A DNA stretch of 64,000 bases from Thermodesulfobacteriota bacterium (GCA_026415035.1 JAOAHX010000013.1:13717-77716), one strand, 5' to 3'; shown: positions 20,080-31,274, counted from the first letter of the stretch. Notes: generated by a model from the letters alone, not told the origin. Program-made: numbers and translations.

Positions 20080-20309
20080 CCCCTCCTCGCTTTCGTTTGA
20101 TGTGTGGGTAATGGTGGCGATATGCCGGTGGGTTCTGACGGCCGCCTAAACCTGTTTCACCTCCTTTCGACAGGGATGACCGAGCGCTGAAACACCGATG
20201 CGATGGTGGATTGAGTACTTAAACCGGATCCCTTCCACTCATATAAAAAACCCCCTGTTTTGTCAAGGGAAAAGTCAGGGGATAGAAGGCTTCCAACTCC
20301 TTTTCAACA

Positions 20310-20337
20310 TTGACTTTTTCTCTATTTGTGTTAACAT
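20310..20337 (+). promoter_or_regulatory. Putative sigma70 promoter of thpR-recA
   Basis: TTGACT-N16-TAACAT. Confidence 0.45.
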
Positions 20338-20436
20338 CGAATCAGCTTGGCGGAATTCTGAAAGGCCAAAGGCGATTCAGAATTCTCTCTGGGATGAGCC
20401 CTCAGGGGCAGCCATTCTATCCAAAGAGGAGTTTCT

Positions 20437-21000
20437 TTGATCCGTTCCTTTCTGGCCATCGAACTTCCAGAGGCCCTTCGAGAGAGGATCGAAGAAGTTC
20501 AGAAGGAATTAAGGTCCACCCCGGCCGATGTGCGATGGGTTAGGCCTGAGCAGATCCATCTCACCCTGAAATTTTTTGGCAACATCGAGGCCTCTCGGAT
20601 CGAATCGATCCTTCAGGCGATCGAAGAACCCCTGAAGACCACCCCTCCCGCTTCGATCGAGGTCCAGGGCATGGGCGCCTTCCCGAACCTGAATCATCCA
20701 AGGGTGGTCTGGGTGGGGATAAAGGAGGAGGGGAAGATCCTCATCTCGTTGCAGAAACGACTGGAAGAGCGGTTGCGAAAGGTCGGGTTCAAACCTGAAG
20801 ACCGAGACTTCCATCCCCATCTCACCCTGGGGAGGGTGAGGTCGAACCGGGGGAGGGAGGAGCTGATCAGAGGGATGGAGCGACATCGGGATGAGATCTT
20901 CGGGGCTTTCCGAATGGAAAAGGCTGTCCTTTTCAAGAGCGATCTCACCCCTCAAGGACCCATTTATACGGCCTTGAAGGAAATGAGGATCGGGAGCTGA
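20437..21000 (+). CDS. thpR: RNA 2',3'-cyclic phosphodiesterase (2H family)
   Basis: Two HLTL motifs, [28 protein letters not shown] start after GAGGAG. Confidence 0.92.
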   Translation: MIRSFLAIELPEALRERIEEVQKELRSTPADVRWVRPEQIHLTLKFFGNIEASRIESILQAIEEPLKTTPPASIEVQGMGAFPNLNHPRVVWVGIKEEGKILISLQKRLEERLRKVGFKPEDRDFHPHLTLGRVRSNRGREELIRGMERHRDEIFGAFRMEKAVLFKSDLTPQGPIYTALKEMRIGS

Positions 21001-21133
21001 GAAGGGGAACATCGAAACCCCCGAAGAGAGGCGGGCAACGCCGGCCGCATGGCCGACCGGAGAGGGGCTATGGGGATCAAGGAAGTGGCGAGGAAGGGAT
21101 ACCGGTCCCGGGGCCCATAGAAGGGAGGGGAGG

Positions 21134-22150
21134 ATGAGAGAGGATCCGAGCAGAAGGAAGGCGGTCGAATTGGCGGTTTCCCAGATCGAAAAACAGTTCG
21201 GAAAAGGCGCCATCATGAAGTTAGGCGCCGAGACCCTGCCCGGCGAGATCCCCACCATCTCCACAGGTTCCCTCTCCCTCGACATCGCCCTCGGAGTGGG
21301 AGGGCTGCCCAGGGGTCGGATCATCGAGATCTTCGGCCCCGAGGCCTCCGGAAAGACGACCCTGGCCCTCCACGTGGTCGCCGAAGCCCAGAAACGAGGC
21401 GGGATCGCCGTCTTCATCGATGCCGAACACGCCCTCGATATCCAGTATGCCAAGAAATTAGGGGTGAAGATTGACGAGCTCCTCCTCTCCCAACCCGATA
21501 CCGGAGAGCAGGCCCTCGAGATCGCGGAACATCTGGTCCGAAGCGGGGGGGTCGATGTGATCGTCATCGACTCGGTGGCCGCCCTGGTTCCCAAGGCAGA
21601 GATCGAAGGCGAGATGGGCGATGCCCACATGGGGCTGCAGGCGAGGCTGATGTCCCAGGCCCTGAGGAAATTGACGGCCACGATCAGCAAATCGAATACG
21701 ATCGTCATCTTCGTCAATCAGATCCGGATGAAGATCGGGGTCATGTTTGGAAACCCCGAGACGACCACGGGTGGCAACGCCCTCAAGTTCTATGCCTCGG
21801 TCCGCCTCGATGTGCGGCGGATCGCCTCCATCAAGCAGGGACAGGACGTGATCGGCAGCCGGACGAAGGTCCGGGTGGTGAAGAATAAAGTGGCCCCGCC
21901 CTTCCGGGAGGTGGAGTTCGATATCATCCATGGAGAGGGGATTTCGAGGGAAGGCGACGTCCTCGATTTGGCCGTCGAGAAGAATATCGTGGAGAAGAGC
22001 GGCACCTGGTATACCTTCGGCGGACAGCGGATCGGTCAGGGAAGGGAGAACGCCAAACAGTTCTTGAAGGAGAATCCGAAGATCCTCGAACAGGTGGAGA
22101 AGGAGATCCTCGAGAAGGTGACTTTGGCGAGGACTCCGATGGCGAGGTGA
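21134..22150 (+). CDS. recA: Recombinase RecA
   Basis: [39 protein letters not shown]. Confidence 0.99.
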   Translation: MREDPSRRKAVELAVSQIEKQFGKGAIMKLGAETLPGEIPTISTGSLSLDIALGVGGLPRGRIIEIFGPEASGKTTLALHVVAEAQKRGGIAVFIDAEHALDIQYAKKLGVKIDELLLSQPDTGEQALEIAEHLVRSGGVDVIVIDSVAALVPKAEIEGEMGDAHMGLQARLMSQALRKLTATISKSNTIVIFVNQIRMKIGVMFGNPETTTGGNALKFYASVRLDVRRIASIKQGQDVIGSRTKVRVVKNKVAPPFREVEFDIIHGEGISREGDVLDLAVEKNIVEKSGTWYTFGGQRIGQGRENAKQFLKENPKILEQVEKEILEKVTLARTPMAR

Positions 22151-22163
22151 GAAGGAGGTTCCG

Positions 22164-23393
22164 ATGGATATCAACCAGATCTTAGTCGAAGCCCTGGAAC
22201 GGGAAGCATCCGATGTCCATATCAAAGAGGGAGCGCCCCCGATCTTCAGGATCAACGGCGTCCTCCGGCCCTTCACCAAGGTGAAGCCCTTCGATCACAA
22301 CGACCTTTCGAGGATGGCCTTTGGTTTGATGAACGACTGGCAAAAGGAGCGTTTCATCAAAAATCGGGAAGTGGACATGGGCTACGAGGTCTATGGGCTG
22401 GGTCGATTCCGGGTCAATGTCTATCAGCAGAGGGGAAAATTGTCGATCGCCCTCCGGATCGTTCCCTATCAGATCAAGACCCTCGAAGAGCTCCACCTCC
22501 CGCCCGTCATCGCCGATATCGCCCTGGAACAGAGAGGCCTCATCCTGGTCACGGGCACGACCGGAAGCGGGAAATCGACGACCCTGGCCTCGATGATCGA
22601 CATCATCAACCGGAACCGGAACTGCCACATCATCACCATCGAGGACCCCATCGAATTCATCCACGAAGACAAGAAATCGATCGTCGACCAGAGGGAGGTC
22701 GGTTCGGATACGAGCACCTTCTCCAGCGCCCTCCGGGTCGCCCTCCGTCAGGATCCGGATGTGATCCTCGTCGGGGAGATGCGGGACTTCGAAACGATCG
22801 AGACGGCCTTGACCGCTGCCGAGACCGGACACCTCGTCATGTCCACCCTTCATACCCTGAACGCGACCGAGACGATCACCCGGATCATCTCCGTCTTTCC
22901 TCCCTACCATCAGAAACAGGTGAGGCTCCAGCTGGCCGCTGTGCTCAAAGGGGTCATCTCCCAAAGGCTGGTGCCCAGGGCCGACGGGATGGGACGGGTG
23001 CCCGCCGTCGAAATCCTGGTCTCCACGGCTAGGGTGAGGGAGTGCATCATCGAAAGGGACAAGACGAACGAACTGAACGATGCCATCGCCAAAGGTCAGA
23101 CCACCTACGGGATGCAGACCTTCGACCAGTCCCTGATGTATCTGTTGAAGCAGAACCTCATCACCTATGAGGAGGCCCTCAAACACTGCACCAACCCCGA
23201 CGACTTCGCCCTGAGGGTGAAGGGCATCCTCGCCACCAGCGACACCTCCTGGGACGATTTCGAGGCCTTGGAGAGGGAGAAGGAGGCGGAGAGAAAAGCC
23301 AAAGCCGCCCAACCCCCTGTCGAACCCAATGTAGAACCGCGGATGGGGGCCAAAATGGGACCGAAGATGGGAGGGATGGGGTTAAAGCGATGA
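22164..23393 (+). CDS. pilT: Type IV pilus twitching-motility ATPase PilT family
   Basis: GTTGSGKSTT, TIEDPIE, LRQDPDVILVGEMRD, TGHLVMSTLHT, GMQTFDQ. Confidence 0.93.
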   Translation: MDINQILVEALEREASDVHIKEGAPPIFRINGVLRPFTKVKPFDHNDLSRMAFGLMNDWQKERFIKNREVDMGYEVYGLGRFRVNVYQQRGKLSIALRIVPYQIKTLEELHLPPVIADIALEQRGLILVTGTTGSGKSTTLASMIDIINRNRNCHIITIEDPIEFIHEDKKSIVDQREVGSDTSTFSSALRVALRQDPDVILVGEMRDFETIETALTAAETGHLVMSTLHTLNATETITRIISVFPPYHQKQVRLQLAAVLKGVISQRLVPRADGMGRVPAVEILVSTARVRECIIERDKTNELNDAIAKGQTTYGMQTFDQSLMYLLKQNLITYEEALKHCTNPDDFALRVKGILATSDTSWDDFEALEREKEAERKAKAAQPPVEPNVEPRMGAKMGPKMGGMGLKR

Positions 23394-26014
23394 CCTCGGA
23401 TCAGATTCGAAAGGCCTTTCTCGCCTATTTCGAACAAAAGGGACACCGGGTCCTCCCGAGCTCCTCCCTCGTTCCGAAGAACGATCCCTCCTTGCTGTTC
23501 ACCAACGCCGGGATGGTTCAATTCAAAGGGGTCTTCTTGGGCGAGGAGACCCGCGACTACCTTCGGGCGGCCACCTCTCAGAAGTGTGTCCGCGCCGGGG
23601 GCAAGCATAACGACCTCGAAAACGTGGGGAAGACCGCCCGCCACCACACCTTCTTCGAGATGCTCGGGAATTTCTCCTTCGGTGATTATTTTAAAGAGGG
23701 CGCCATCGAAATGGCCTGGGACCTCCTCATCCATCAATGGGGGCTGCCCGCGGAGAAGATGTGGATCACCATCTACCTCGATGACGACGAGGCCTTCGAA
23801 TTGTGGCGGAAGATCGGGATCCCCGCGGACCGAATCGTACGGCTCGGAGAGAAGGATAACTTCTGGGCCATGGGAGAGACCGGCCCCTGCGGCCCCTGTT
23901 CGGAGATCGTGATCGACCAGGGAGAGGCCATGGGCTGTGGTCGCCCGGGCTGCGCGGTGGGTTGCGACTGCGACCGTTTCCTCGAGCTCTGGAATCTCGT
24001 CTTCATGCAGTTCAACCGAGACGGACAGGGCCGGCTGACGCCTCTGGCCAAACCGTGCATCGATACGGGCATGGGCCTGGAACGGATCTCGGCCATCCTC
24101 CAGGGGGTGAGGAGCAACTTCGAGACCGACCTTTTCGTCCCGATCATCCGGGAGATCGAGTCGATCGCCCAACGCTCTTACGGAGGCGAACCCAAGGCCG
24201 ACATCTCCATCCGGGTGATCGCGGATCACAGCCGGGCCGCCACCTTCCTGATCAACGACGGCGTCTTGCCCTCCAATGAAGGCAGGGGCTATGTCCTCCG
24301 CCGGATCATGAGGCGGGCGATGAGGCATGGAAAGATGCTCGGGATCGACCGTCCCTTCCTCTTTCAGACCTCCCTCAAGGTGATCGATCGGATGAAAGAG
24401 GCTTATCCCGAATTGAGGGAGACGGAGACCATCATCTCCGAGGTCATCCGCAACGAAGAGGAGCGCTTTTCAGAGACCCTCGAGGCCGGTCTGAAAATCT
24501 TGAGAGAGGAACTGGAGCGGATGAAAGAGGAGGACCTCCACCTCCTTCCGGGGGAGGTGGCCTTCCGACTCTATGATACCTTCGGTTTCCCTCTCGATCT
24601 GACCCATGAGATCCTTCAGGAGGAGGGGTTGGGCCTGGACGAAGAGGGGTTCAGGCGGCAGATGGAGGAGCAGCGGAGAAGGAGCAAAACGACCTGGCAG
24701 GGGATCGGAGAGGGGAAAACCAAGGAGATCTACCGTCGCCTCGTCCAGGAGGGTCTAAAAACCCTCTTCACCGGATATGAGGAGACCCAGTCCACCTCGA
24801 GGATTCTCCACCTGGTGCGAGGAGAGGAGGCGGTCCGGGAAGCCCGGGAGGGAGAGGAGATCGAGATCATCGCCGAGAGGACGCCCTTTTACGGAGAGAC
24901 CGGAGGACAGGTGGGAGACCGGGGCGTCATCTTTCAGGAGTCCTTCTCGCTCGAGGTCGTCGATACGGTCAGGCCCCTGGAAGACCTGATCGTCCATCGA
25001 GGTCGGGTCAAGAGGGGGGTCGTCAGACCCGCAGAAGAGGCTATCTTCAAAATCGACGTGGATCGCCGGAGGGCCATCGCCCTCAATCACACCGCTACCC
25101 ACCTGCTTCAGGCGGTGTTGCGCGAGGTCCTCGGAGGCCACGTCCACCAGGCCGGCTCCCTCGTGGCGCCCGACCGATTGAGGTTCGACTTTACCCATTT
25201 CGCCCCCATCGGTCCAAGGGATCTGGAGCGGATTGAGAGGATGGTCAACGAGAAGATCCGGCAAAATATCGAGGTGGTGACGAAGATCATGGACCTCGAG
25301 GAAGCGCTTCAGATCGGCGCCATGGCCCTCTTCGGGGAGAAATACGGGGAGAAGGTGAGGGTGGTCAGGGTCTCCGATTTCAGCATCGAGCTCTGCGGAG
25401 GAACCCACACCTCCCGGACCGGGGATATCGGGATCTTCAAAATCGTCCACGAAAGCGGCGTGGCCGCAGGCGTCCGAAGGATCGAGGCCCTGACGGGCGA
25501 GGGCGCCTATCAATATCTTCTCGAGAAAGAACGCCAATTGGAGGAGATCGCCGAGGTCCTCAAATCCCCCCTGGGCGAGGTGGGATCGAAACTGGAGAGG
25601 CTGATTCAGAGACAGCGAGAGCTGGAGAGGGAGCTGGAGTCCCTTCAGGCGAAGTGGGCCAACCAGGAGATCTCGAACCTGATCGCCCTCGCCCGAGAGG
25701 TCAAGGGGATCAAGGTGCTTTCCGTCCGCCTCGACGGGAAAGACCCGAAACGTCTGAGGGAGTATGTGGATCAGCTGAAAGGGAAGATCGGCTCCGGCCT
25801 CATCCTCCTCGGAAGCGCCAACGAGGGCAAGGCCTCCCTCTTGATGGGCATCACCGATGACCTCACCTCTCGGTTCAAGGCCAACGATTTGATCAAGAAG
25901 GTCGCCCACCATGTGGGAGGGACGGGCGGAGGACGCCCCGATTTCGCTCAGGCCGGGGGCAGCGAACCTCAAAAACTGGATCAAGCCCTGCGATCGATCG
26001 ACGATCTCCTCTGA
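23390..26014 (+). CDS. alaS: Alanine--tRNA ligase
   Basis: LLFTNAGMVQFK, HHTFFEMLGNFSFGDYFK, NHTATHLL, ELCGGTH, GGGRPDFAQAGG. Confidence 0.99.
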   Translation: MTSDQIRKAFLAYFEQKGHRVLPSSSLVPKNDPSLLFTNAGMVQFKGVFLGEETRDYLRAATSQKCVRAGGKHNDLENVGKTARHHTFFEMLGNFSFGDYFKEGAIEMAWDLLIHQWGLPAEKMWITIYLDDDEAFELWRKIGIPADRIVRLGEKDNFWAMGETGPCGPCSEIVIDQGEAMGCGRPGCAVGCDCDRFLELWNLVFMQFNRDGQGRLTPLAKPCIDTGMGLERISAILQGVRSNFETDLFVPIIREIESIAQRSYGGEPKADISIRVIADHSRAATFLINDGVLPSNEGRGYVLRRIMRRAMRHGKMLGIDRPFLFQTSLKVIDRMKEAYPELRETETIISEVIRNEEERFSETLEAGLKILREELERMKEEDLHLLPGEVAFRLYDTFGFPLDLTHEILQEEGLGLDEEGFRRQMEEQRRRSKTTWQGIGEGKTKEIYRRLVQEGLKTLFTGYEETQSTSRILHLVRGEEAVREAREGEEIEIIAERTPFYGETGGQVGDRGVIFQESFSLEVVDTVRPLEDLIVHRGRVKRGVVRPAEEAIFKIDVDRRRAIALNHTATHLLQAVLREVLGGHVHQAGSLVAPDRLRFDFTHFAPIGPRDLERIERMVNEKIRQNIEVVTKIMDLEEALQIGAMALFGEKYGEKVRVVRVSDFSIELCGGTHTSRTGDIGIFKIVHESGVAAGVRRIEALTGEGAYQYLLEKERQLEEIAEVLKSPLGEVGSKLERLIQRQRELERELESLQAKWANQEISNLIALAREVKGIKVLSVRLDGKDPKRLREYVDQLKGKIGSGLILLGSANEGKASLLMGITDDLTSRFKANDLIKKVAHHVGGTGGGRPDFAQAGGSEPQKLDQALRSIDDLL

Positions 26015-26124
26015 TCCTCAAACCCGATCAGGCTAAGATTTCCTCTTTCCGGTGACGAAGGAGAGGGGATTTTTTATGCCGAGGGGGAAGGCGGAAGAGA
26101 GGGAGCCATCAAATCGGTGAAGAG

Positions 26125-27531
26125 ATGGAGATGACCACGATCCGAACGCGTTTTGCCCCCAGCCCCACAGGGGACCTCCACATCGGGGGGGCCCGAACGG
26201 CCCTCTTCAACTGGCTCTTCGCACGCCACCATCGAGGGAGCTTCATCCTTCGGATCGAGGACACCGACATAGCACGCTCAACCCAGTCCTCGGTCCAGGT
26301 CATCCTCGATGCCCTGACCTGGCTGGGCCTCGATTGGGACGAGGGCCCTTACTTTCAGACCGAGAGGATTTCCCTGTACCGGCAGATGGCCGAGCAGTTG
26401 GTGGCGAAGGGAGGGGCCTACCGGTGCTACTGCCTCCCCGAGGAGTTAGAGGCGAAACGGGAGGCGGCGCTGAAGACGGGGCTTAAGCCTAAATATGACC
26501 GGACCTGTCTCCACCGAAAGGGCCCCGGTCCGGATCGTCCTTTTGCCATTCGGTTCCTCTCCCCGGACGAGGGCAAGACCGTGGTGGAGGACCTCATCCA
26601 GGGCCGGGTCGAGTTCGACAACAGCGAACTGGACGACCTCATCATCCTCCGGAGTGACGGCTCCCCCACCTACAACTTCTCGGTGGTCGTAGACGATGCC
26701 ACGATGGGGATCACCCACGTGATCCGTGGGACCGACCATCTCAACAATACGCCCAGGCAGATCCAGATCTACAAGGCCTTGGGATACCCCCTCCCCAAAT
26801 TCGGTCACGTCCCGATGATCCTCGGTCCGGACAAGAAGAAACTCTCAAAACGACATGGGGCCCAGTCGGTTCTGGAGTACCGGAAGATGGGCTATCTCCC
26901 CCAGGCGGTGGTGAACTACCTTGTCCGTTTGGGGTGGTCCCATGGCGACCAGGAGGAATTCACCCTAAAGGAGTTGATCGAGAAGTTCTCCCTGGAAGCG
27001 GTCGGCCGGTCGGCCGCGGCCATCAATCCGGGGAAGCTCGACTGGCTCAACTCTCAATATCTCAAGAGGATAGACCCCGACGACCTGGTTGAAAAGGCCC
27101 TTCCCTTTATCGAAGAGAGGGGATACCGGATCCCCGATCGAGATTATCTCAAAAAGGCCCTCCTCTCGCTCCGGGAGAGATCGAAAACCCTCAGGGAGAT
27201 GGCCGAACAATCGGAATTTTACCTTTGCGATGCGGTCCGTTATGACGAAGCCGCCTCCCAAAAATTCTTGACCAGAGATTCCTTGACCCTCTTTCAAGAG
27301 GCCATCGACGCCCTTTCTCGGGAGACGCGGCTTACCAAAGAGAGCGCCCACTTCCTGATCCAAGGCCTCTCCGAAAAGCGAGCCGAACCCCTGGTCAAGA
27401 TCGCCCAGCCCCTTCGGGTGGCCCTGACCGGAAAGACCGCCAGCCCTCCCCTCGACGAGGTGATGGAGATCTTAGGGAAGGAGAAGGTGATTCACCGGCT
27501 CCGAAGGGCAAGGGAGTGGATCGAAGGATGA
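26125..27531 (+). CDS. gltX: Glutamate--tRNA ligase
   Basis: RFAPSPTG, HIGG, LRIEDTD, KLSKR. Confidence 0.98.
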   Translation: MEMTTIRTRFAPSPTGDLHIGGARTALFNWLFARHHRGSFILRIEDTDIARSTQSSVQVILDALTWLGLDWDEGPYFQTERISLYRQMAEQLVAKGGAYRCYCLPEELEAKREAALKTGLKPKYDRTCLHRKGPGPDRPFAIRFLSPDEGKTVVEDLIQGRVEFDNSELDDLIILRSDGSPTYNFSVVVDDATMGITHVIRGTDHLNNTPRQIQIYKALGYPLPKFGHVPMILGPDKKKLSKRHGAQSVLEYRKMGYLPQAVVNYLVRLGWSHGDQEEFTLKELIEKFSLEAVGRSAAAINPGKLDWLNSQYLKRIDPDDLVEKALPFIEERGYRIPDRDYLKKALLSLRERSKTLREMAEQSEFYLCDAVRYDEAASQKFLTRDSLTLFQEAIDALSRETRLTKESAHFLIQGLSEKRAEPLVKIAQPLRVALTGKTASPPLDEVMEILGKEKVIHRLRRAREWIEG

Positions 27532-27535
27532 TCCG

Positions 27536-30500
27536 ATGAAGCTGAAGTCGCTGGAGATCATTGGATTTAAATCATTTGTGGACCGCCTTCACCTCACCTT
27601 TCCGGAGGGGATCACCACGATCGTCGGTCCAAACGGGTGCGGGAAGTCGAACATCGTCGATGCGATCCTCTGGGCCATAGGCGAGCGAAGCGCCAAACAC
27701 TTGAGAGGAAAGTTGATGGAGGATGTCATCTTCAACGGGGCCGACGGCCGAAAACCCATGGGCATGGCCGAGGTGACCCTGACCTTCTCCAATGAGGACG
27801 GCTCCGCGCCGCCGGAATACCAGGAGTTCAGCGAGATCACCATCACCCGCAGGCTCTACCGTTCTGGGGAGAGTGAATTCTTGATCAACCGGACGCCCTG
27901 CCGCCTCAGGGACATCATCGACCTCTTCCTCGACACCGGCATCGGGGTGAATGGCTACTCGATCGTGGAGCAGGGCCGGGTCGAATATCTCATCCATGCC
28001 AATCCCCAGGAGCGCCGCTTCCTGATCGAGGAGGCCGGCGGGATCGCCAAGTATAAAGAGCGAAAACGGCTGGCCCTTTTGAAGATGGAGGCGACCCAGC
28101 AGAACCTTCTCCGGATCCAGGACATCGTCTCCGAAGTGAAACGCCAGATCGCCACGCTGGAGCGCCAGGTGAAGCGGGCCGAGGAGTACAAGGCGATGCG
28201 CAAGGAGATCCGGGAGATCGAGCTCCGTCTCGCCCTCCAGGATTTCACCGAACTCTCCGAAAAGGCAGAGGCCTCCAGGGGGTATCTGAAAGCCCTGAGG
28301 GAGAGGGAGGCCATCGTGGGGGGTCAGTTGGCCGAGAGGGAAGCCGGGATCGAGGAGATGAAACTGAGGCATCTCGAAGAAGAGGAAAGGCTTCGAAGGC
28401 TCCAGCAAGAACTCTACGAACTGACCCAGACGATCCAGAAGCTTGAAAGTGAGGTCGCCCTCTTCCGGAGGGAAAAGGAGGCCCTCCAGAGGCAGGAAGT
28501 CATCCTGGGAGAGGAGATCCGAAAGGGGCTTCAAGCCTGGAGGGAGACTCGCCGGGAACGGAGAAGGGCGGAGCAAGCCCGGCAGGAGATGGAAAAGGAG
28601 TGCCTGGAGATTGGCGAGGTCGTAACAGAGTGGGAGGCCCTCTACAACGACTTCCGCTCCACCTATCAGGAGGTCTCCGATCAGCTGGAGGCCGAAAAAG
28701 GGCAACTGATCGACCGGCTCACCCGAATCACCTCCCTCCGAAACCGCAGCGCCCATCTCGAGGAGCGAAAGAAGGAGCTGGGACGACGGATGCAATCCCA
28801 CCAGAAAGAGAGGGAGGAGGTGAGGGCAGGGTTGTCCGGCCTTGAAGCAGGCCTCTCGGCCGCAGAGAGGGAGCGGGAGGTCCTTCTCGGCCTTCGGGCC
28901 GTGCTTCAGGAAGAGAAAGAGAAGTGGACCGAAGAGCTGGAGCTTTTAAGGCAGCGCCATCAGGTCAAGCAGTCGGAGCGATTTGAGTTGGAAGGCCGAT
29001 TGAGGCAGGACCGGTCCCGTTACCTCTCTTTAAAAGAGCTTCAGGAGAATTACGAGGGGTTCGAAAAGGGCGTCAGGGCCCTTCTCCTCGCCAAGAGGGA
29101 AGAGCCGGCCCGTTGGCAGGGAATCCTCGGGGTTCTGGCCGATCTCTTCGAGCCCGATCCTCCTTATGAAATTCCTCTCGAAGCCGTCCTGAGAGAACGC
29201 CTGCAATATTTGATGGTCGAGGGAGAAACAGAGGCCCTCGAGGCGATCGCCTTTCTCAAACAGAAAGGCCTGGGTCGAGGGAGTTTCATCCTCACGGGAG
29301 GGACTCCCAAGGCCCCCGAGAGAGGCCAGGATAGGACGGGGAAAGGAGATGGGCCGATCCCGTTGAGACAAGTCGTCAAGGTGAAGGAGGGGTTTTCCGA
29401 TCTCTCAGAGTTCCTGATCGGCGATGTGGGAGTGGTCGACCGTCTGGAGGAAGCCCTCGATTGGATGAAGAAGGGCAGCGACTTCGAGATCCTCGTCACC
29501 CGGGAAGGGGAGGTGGTCGAACAGTGGGGGGTGATCTCGGGAGGAAGCCGGGACCAAGGGCTCGGCCTGCTCGAGAGGAAGAGGGAGCTTCGGGAGTTGG
29601 AGGGACGGATCTCGAAAGCGGAGGAGGAATGCCAAGCCCTCCTCACGGAGGAGGCGAGACTCCTCCAGGAGATTCAGGAACGAGAGCGTCGTCTGGAAGA
29701 GAGGAAGAAGGAGCTTCAAGAGAAGGAGATCGAACTCCTCCATCAGGAGAGGGACCTGGAGGGCCTTCGAAAAGAGATCTCTCGGTTTCATCAAAGGGCA
29801 GAGCTCCTCCGGTTCGAAGAAGAGCAGCTCCAGGCCGAGGCGAAAGAGATCGAAGAAGAGATGACCACGGTCCTCGATCACCTTAAGCGGGAGGAGGCGG
29901 AAAGGAGGGTGAAAGAGGAAGAACTCCAGGGATTGAAGAAGACGGTGGACGAGGTGAACGAAGGGACCGAGGAACTGGGGAGAAGGATCACGGAGAAGAA
30001 GGTGGCCTTGGCCTCCCTGGAGGAGAAACGGAGGGGGATGGAGGCTCGGATCCTCAACCTGAAGGAACAGATCCGCACCCATCGGGACCAGCTCATCGAT
30101 CGAGTCCGAAAGATCAAGACCTCGCGCCAAGACATGGCCCATCTCTCCGAGACCATTGAGAAGAAAGAGGGAGAGCTGAGGGGGCTGATCGAAAGCCATC
30201 GGGTCAAGGAGGAGGGGCTTTTTCGGCTCCGAGAGACTGTGGAGGCCCTCACGGCCCAATGGAAGGAGGCCGAGGGCTCCACGCGATACCTCCGTCAGGA
30301 ATTGGAGGAGGTGAGACAGAAGGCTCACGAGGAAGAGATCCGGGTTTCAGAGATTCAGATGAGGCTACAGCATCTCCAGGATTCGATGCGGGAACGCTAC
30401 GGAGCAACCCTCTCGGCCTCCCCCTTGGGCATGGAACCCGGAGGGTTTTCAAGGGAGGAGATGACCAAGCGGCTGGAGACCTTGAAGGCAGGCCTGGAGG

Positions 30501-31096
30501 GGTTTGGAGAGGTGAATCTGCTCGCCCTTGAAGAGTATCAGGAGTTGAAACAGCGCCACGACTTTCTCACCGAACAGCAGAACGACCTCCAGCAGGCCCT
30601 CGATACGTTGAAACGGGCCATCGCCCGGATCAACCGGACGACGACGAAACGGTTTCTCGAAACCTTCCACCTCGTCAACGAAAAGTTCAAAGAGGTCTTC
30701 GTCCGTCTCTTCAAGGGCGGCCAAGCCAGCCTCATCCTGCTGGACGAGCAGGACCCCTCCACCTCGGGGGTGGACATCATCGCCCAGCCCCCCGGCAAAA
30801 AGCTCCAGAACATCGACCTCCTCTCCGGAGGCGAGAAGGCCCTGGTCGCCACGGCCCTGCTCTTCGGCCTCTTCATGATCAAACCCACCCCCTTCTGTCT
30901 CCTCGACGAGATCGATGCGCCCTTGGACGATACGAATATCAATCGTTTCATCGAGCTGGTCAAGGAGTTTTCCAAGACCTCCCAGTTTATCCTCATCACC
31001 CACAACAAGAAGACGATGGAGGTGGCCAACACCCTTTACGGCATCACGATGGAGACCCCTGGGGTTTCCAAAGTGGTCTCTGTTCGGTTCAATTGA
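27536..31096 (+). CDS. smc: Chromosome segregation protein SMC
   Basis: GPNGCGKSN Walker A, coiled coils with hinge, LSGGEK, LDEIDAPLD. Confidence 0.98.
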   Translation: MKLKSLEIIGFKSFVDRLHLTFPEGITTIVGPNGCGKSNIVDAILWAIGERSAKHLRGKLMEDVIFNGADGRKPMGMAEVTLTFSNEDGSAPPEYQEFSEITITRRLYRSGESEFLINRTPCRLRDIIDLFLDTGIGVNGYSIVEQGRVEYLIHANPQERRFLIEEAGGIAKYKERKRLALLKMEATQQNLLRIQDIVSEVKRQIATLERQVKRAEEYKAMRKEIREIELRLALQDFTELSEKAEASRGYLKALREREAIVGGQLAEREAGIEEMKLRHLEEEERLRRLQQELYELTQTIQKLESEVALFRREKEALQRQEVILGEEIRKGLQAWRETRRERRRAEQARQEMEKECLEIGEVVTEWEALYNDFRSTYQEVSDQLEAEKGQLIDRLTRITSLRNRSAHLEERKKELGRRMQSHQKEREEVRAGLSGLEAGLSAAEREREVLLGLRAVLQEEKEKWTEELELLRQRHQVKQSERFELEGRLRQDRSRYLSLKELQENYEGFEKGVRALLLAKREEPARWQGILGVLADLFEPDPPYEIPLEAVLRERLQYLMVEGETEALEAIAFLKQKGLGRGSFILTGGTPKAPERGQDRTGKGDGPIPLRQVVKVKEGFSDLSEFLIGDVGVVDRLEEALDWMKKGSDFEILVTREGEVVEQWGVISGGSRDQGLGLLERKRELRELEGRISKAEEECQALLTEEARLLQEIQERERRLEERKKELQEKEIELLHQERDLEGLRKEISRFHQRAELLRFEEEQLQAEAKEIEEEMTTVLDHLKREEAERRVKEEELQGLKKTVDEVNEGTEELGRRITEKKVALASLEEKRRGMEARILNLKEQIRTHRDQLIDRVRKIKTSRQDMAHLSETIEKKEGELRGLIESHRVKEEGLFRLRETVEALTAQWKEAEGSTRYLRQELEEVRQKAHEEEIRVSEIQMRLQHLQDSMRERYGATLSASPLGMEPGGFSREEMTKRLETLKAGLEGFGEVNLLALEEYQELKQRHDFLTEQQNDLQQALDTLKRAIARINRTTTKRFLETFHLVNEKFKEVFVRLFKGGQASLILLDEQDPSTSGVDIIAQPPGKKLQNIDLLSGGEKALVATALLFGLFMIKPTPFCLLDEIDAPLDDTNINRFIELVKEFSKTSQFILITHNKKTMEVANTLYGITMETPGVSKVVSVRFN

Positions 31097-31125
31097 ATCC
31101 TTCCCGTTTCGATTTCCGAAACACC

Positions 31126-31154
31126 TTGACATTTTACCTTTTTTTGGATAAGCT
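31126..31154 (+). promoter_or_regulatory. sigma70 promoter
   Basis: TTGACA-N17-TAAGCT. Confidence 0.6.
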
Positions 31155-31237
31155 CTACCCGGGTTGAGCAAGATGCTGCATATCCCTTGGAAACTTCTAC
31201 CGGTTTATAACTACTGGCCTTTAGGGTGAAAAGGGGG

Positions 31238-31274
31238 GGCCGTTATCTGAGGGATCAGATAACGGCCTTTTTTT
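31238..31274 (+). terminator. Strong intrinsic terminator
   Basis: 13-bp perfect stem GGCCGTTATCTGA-GGGA-TCAGATAACGGCC plus T7. Confidence 0.85.
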
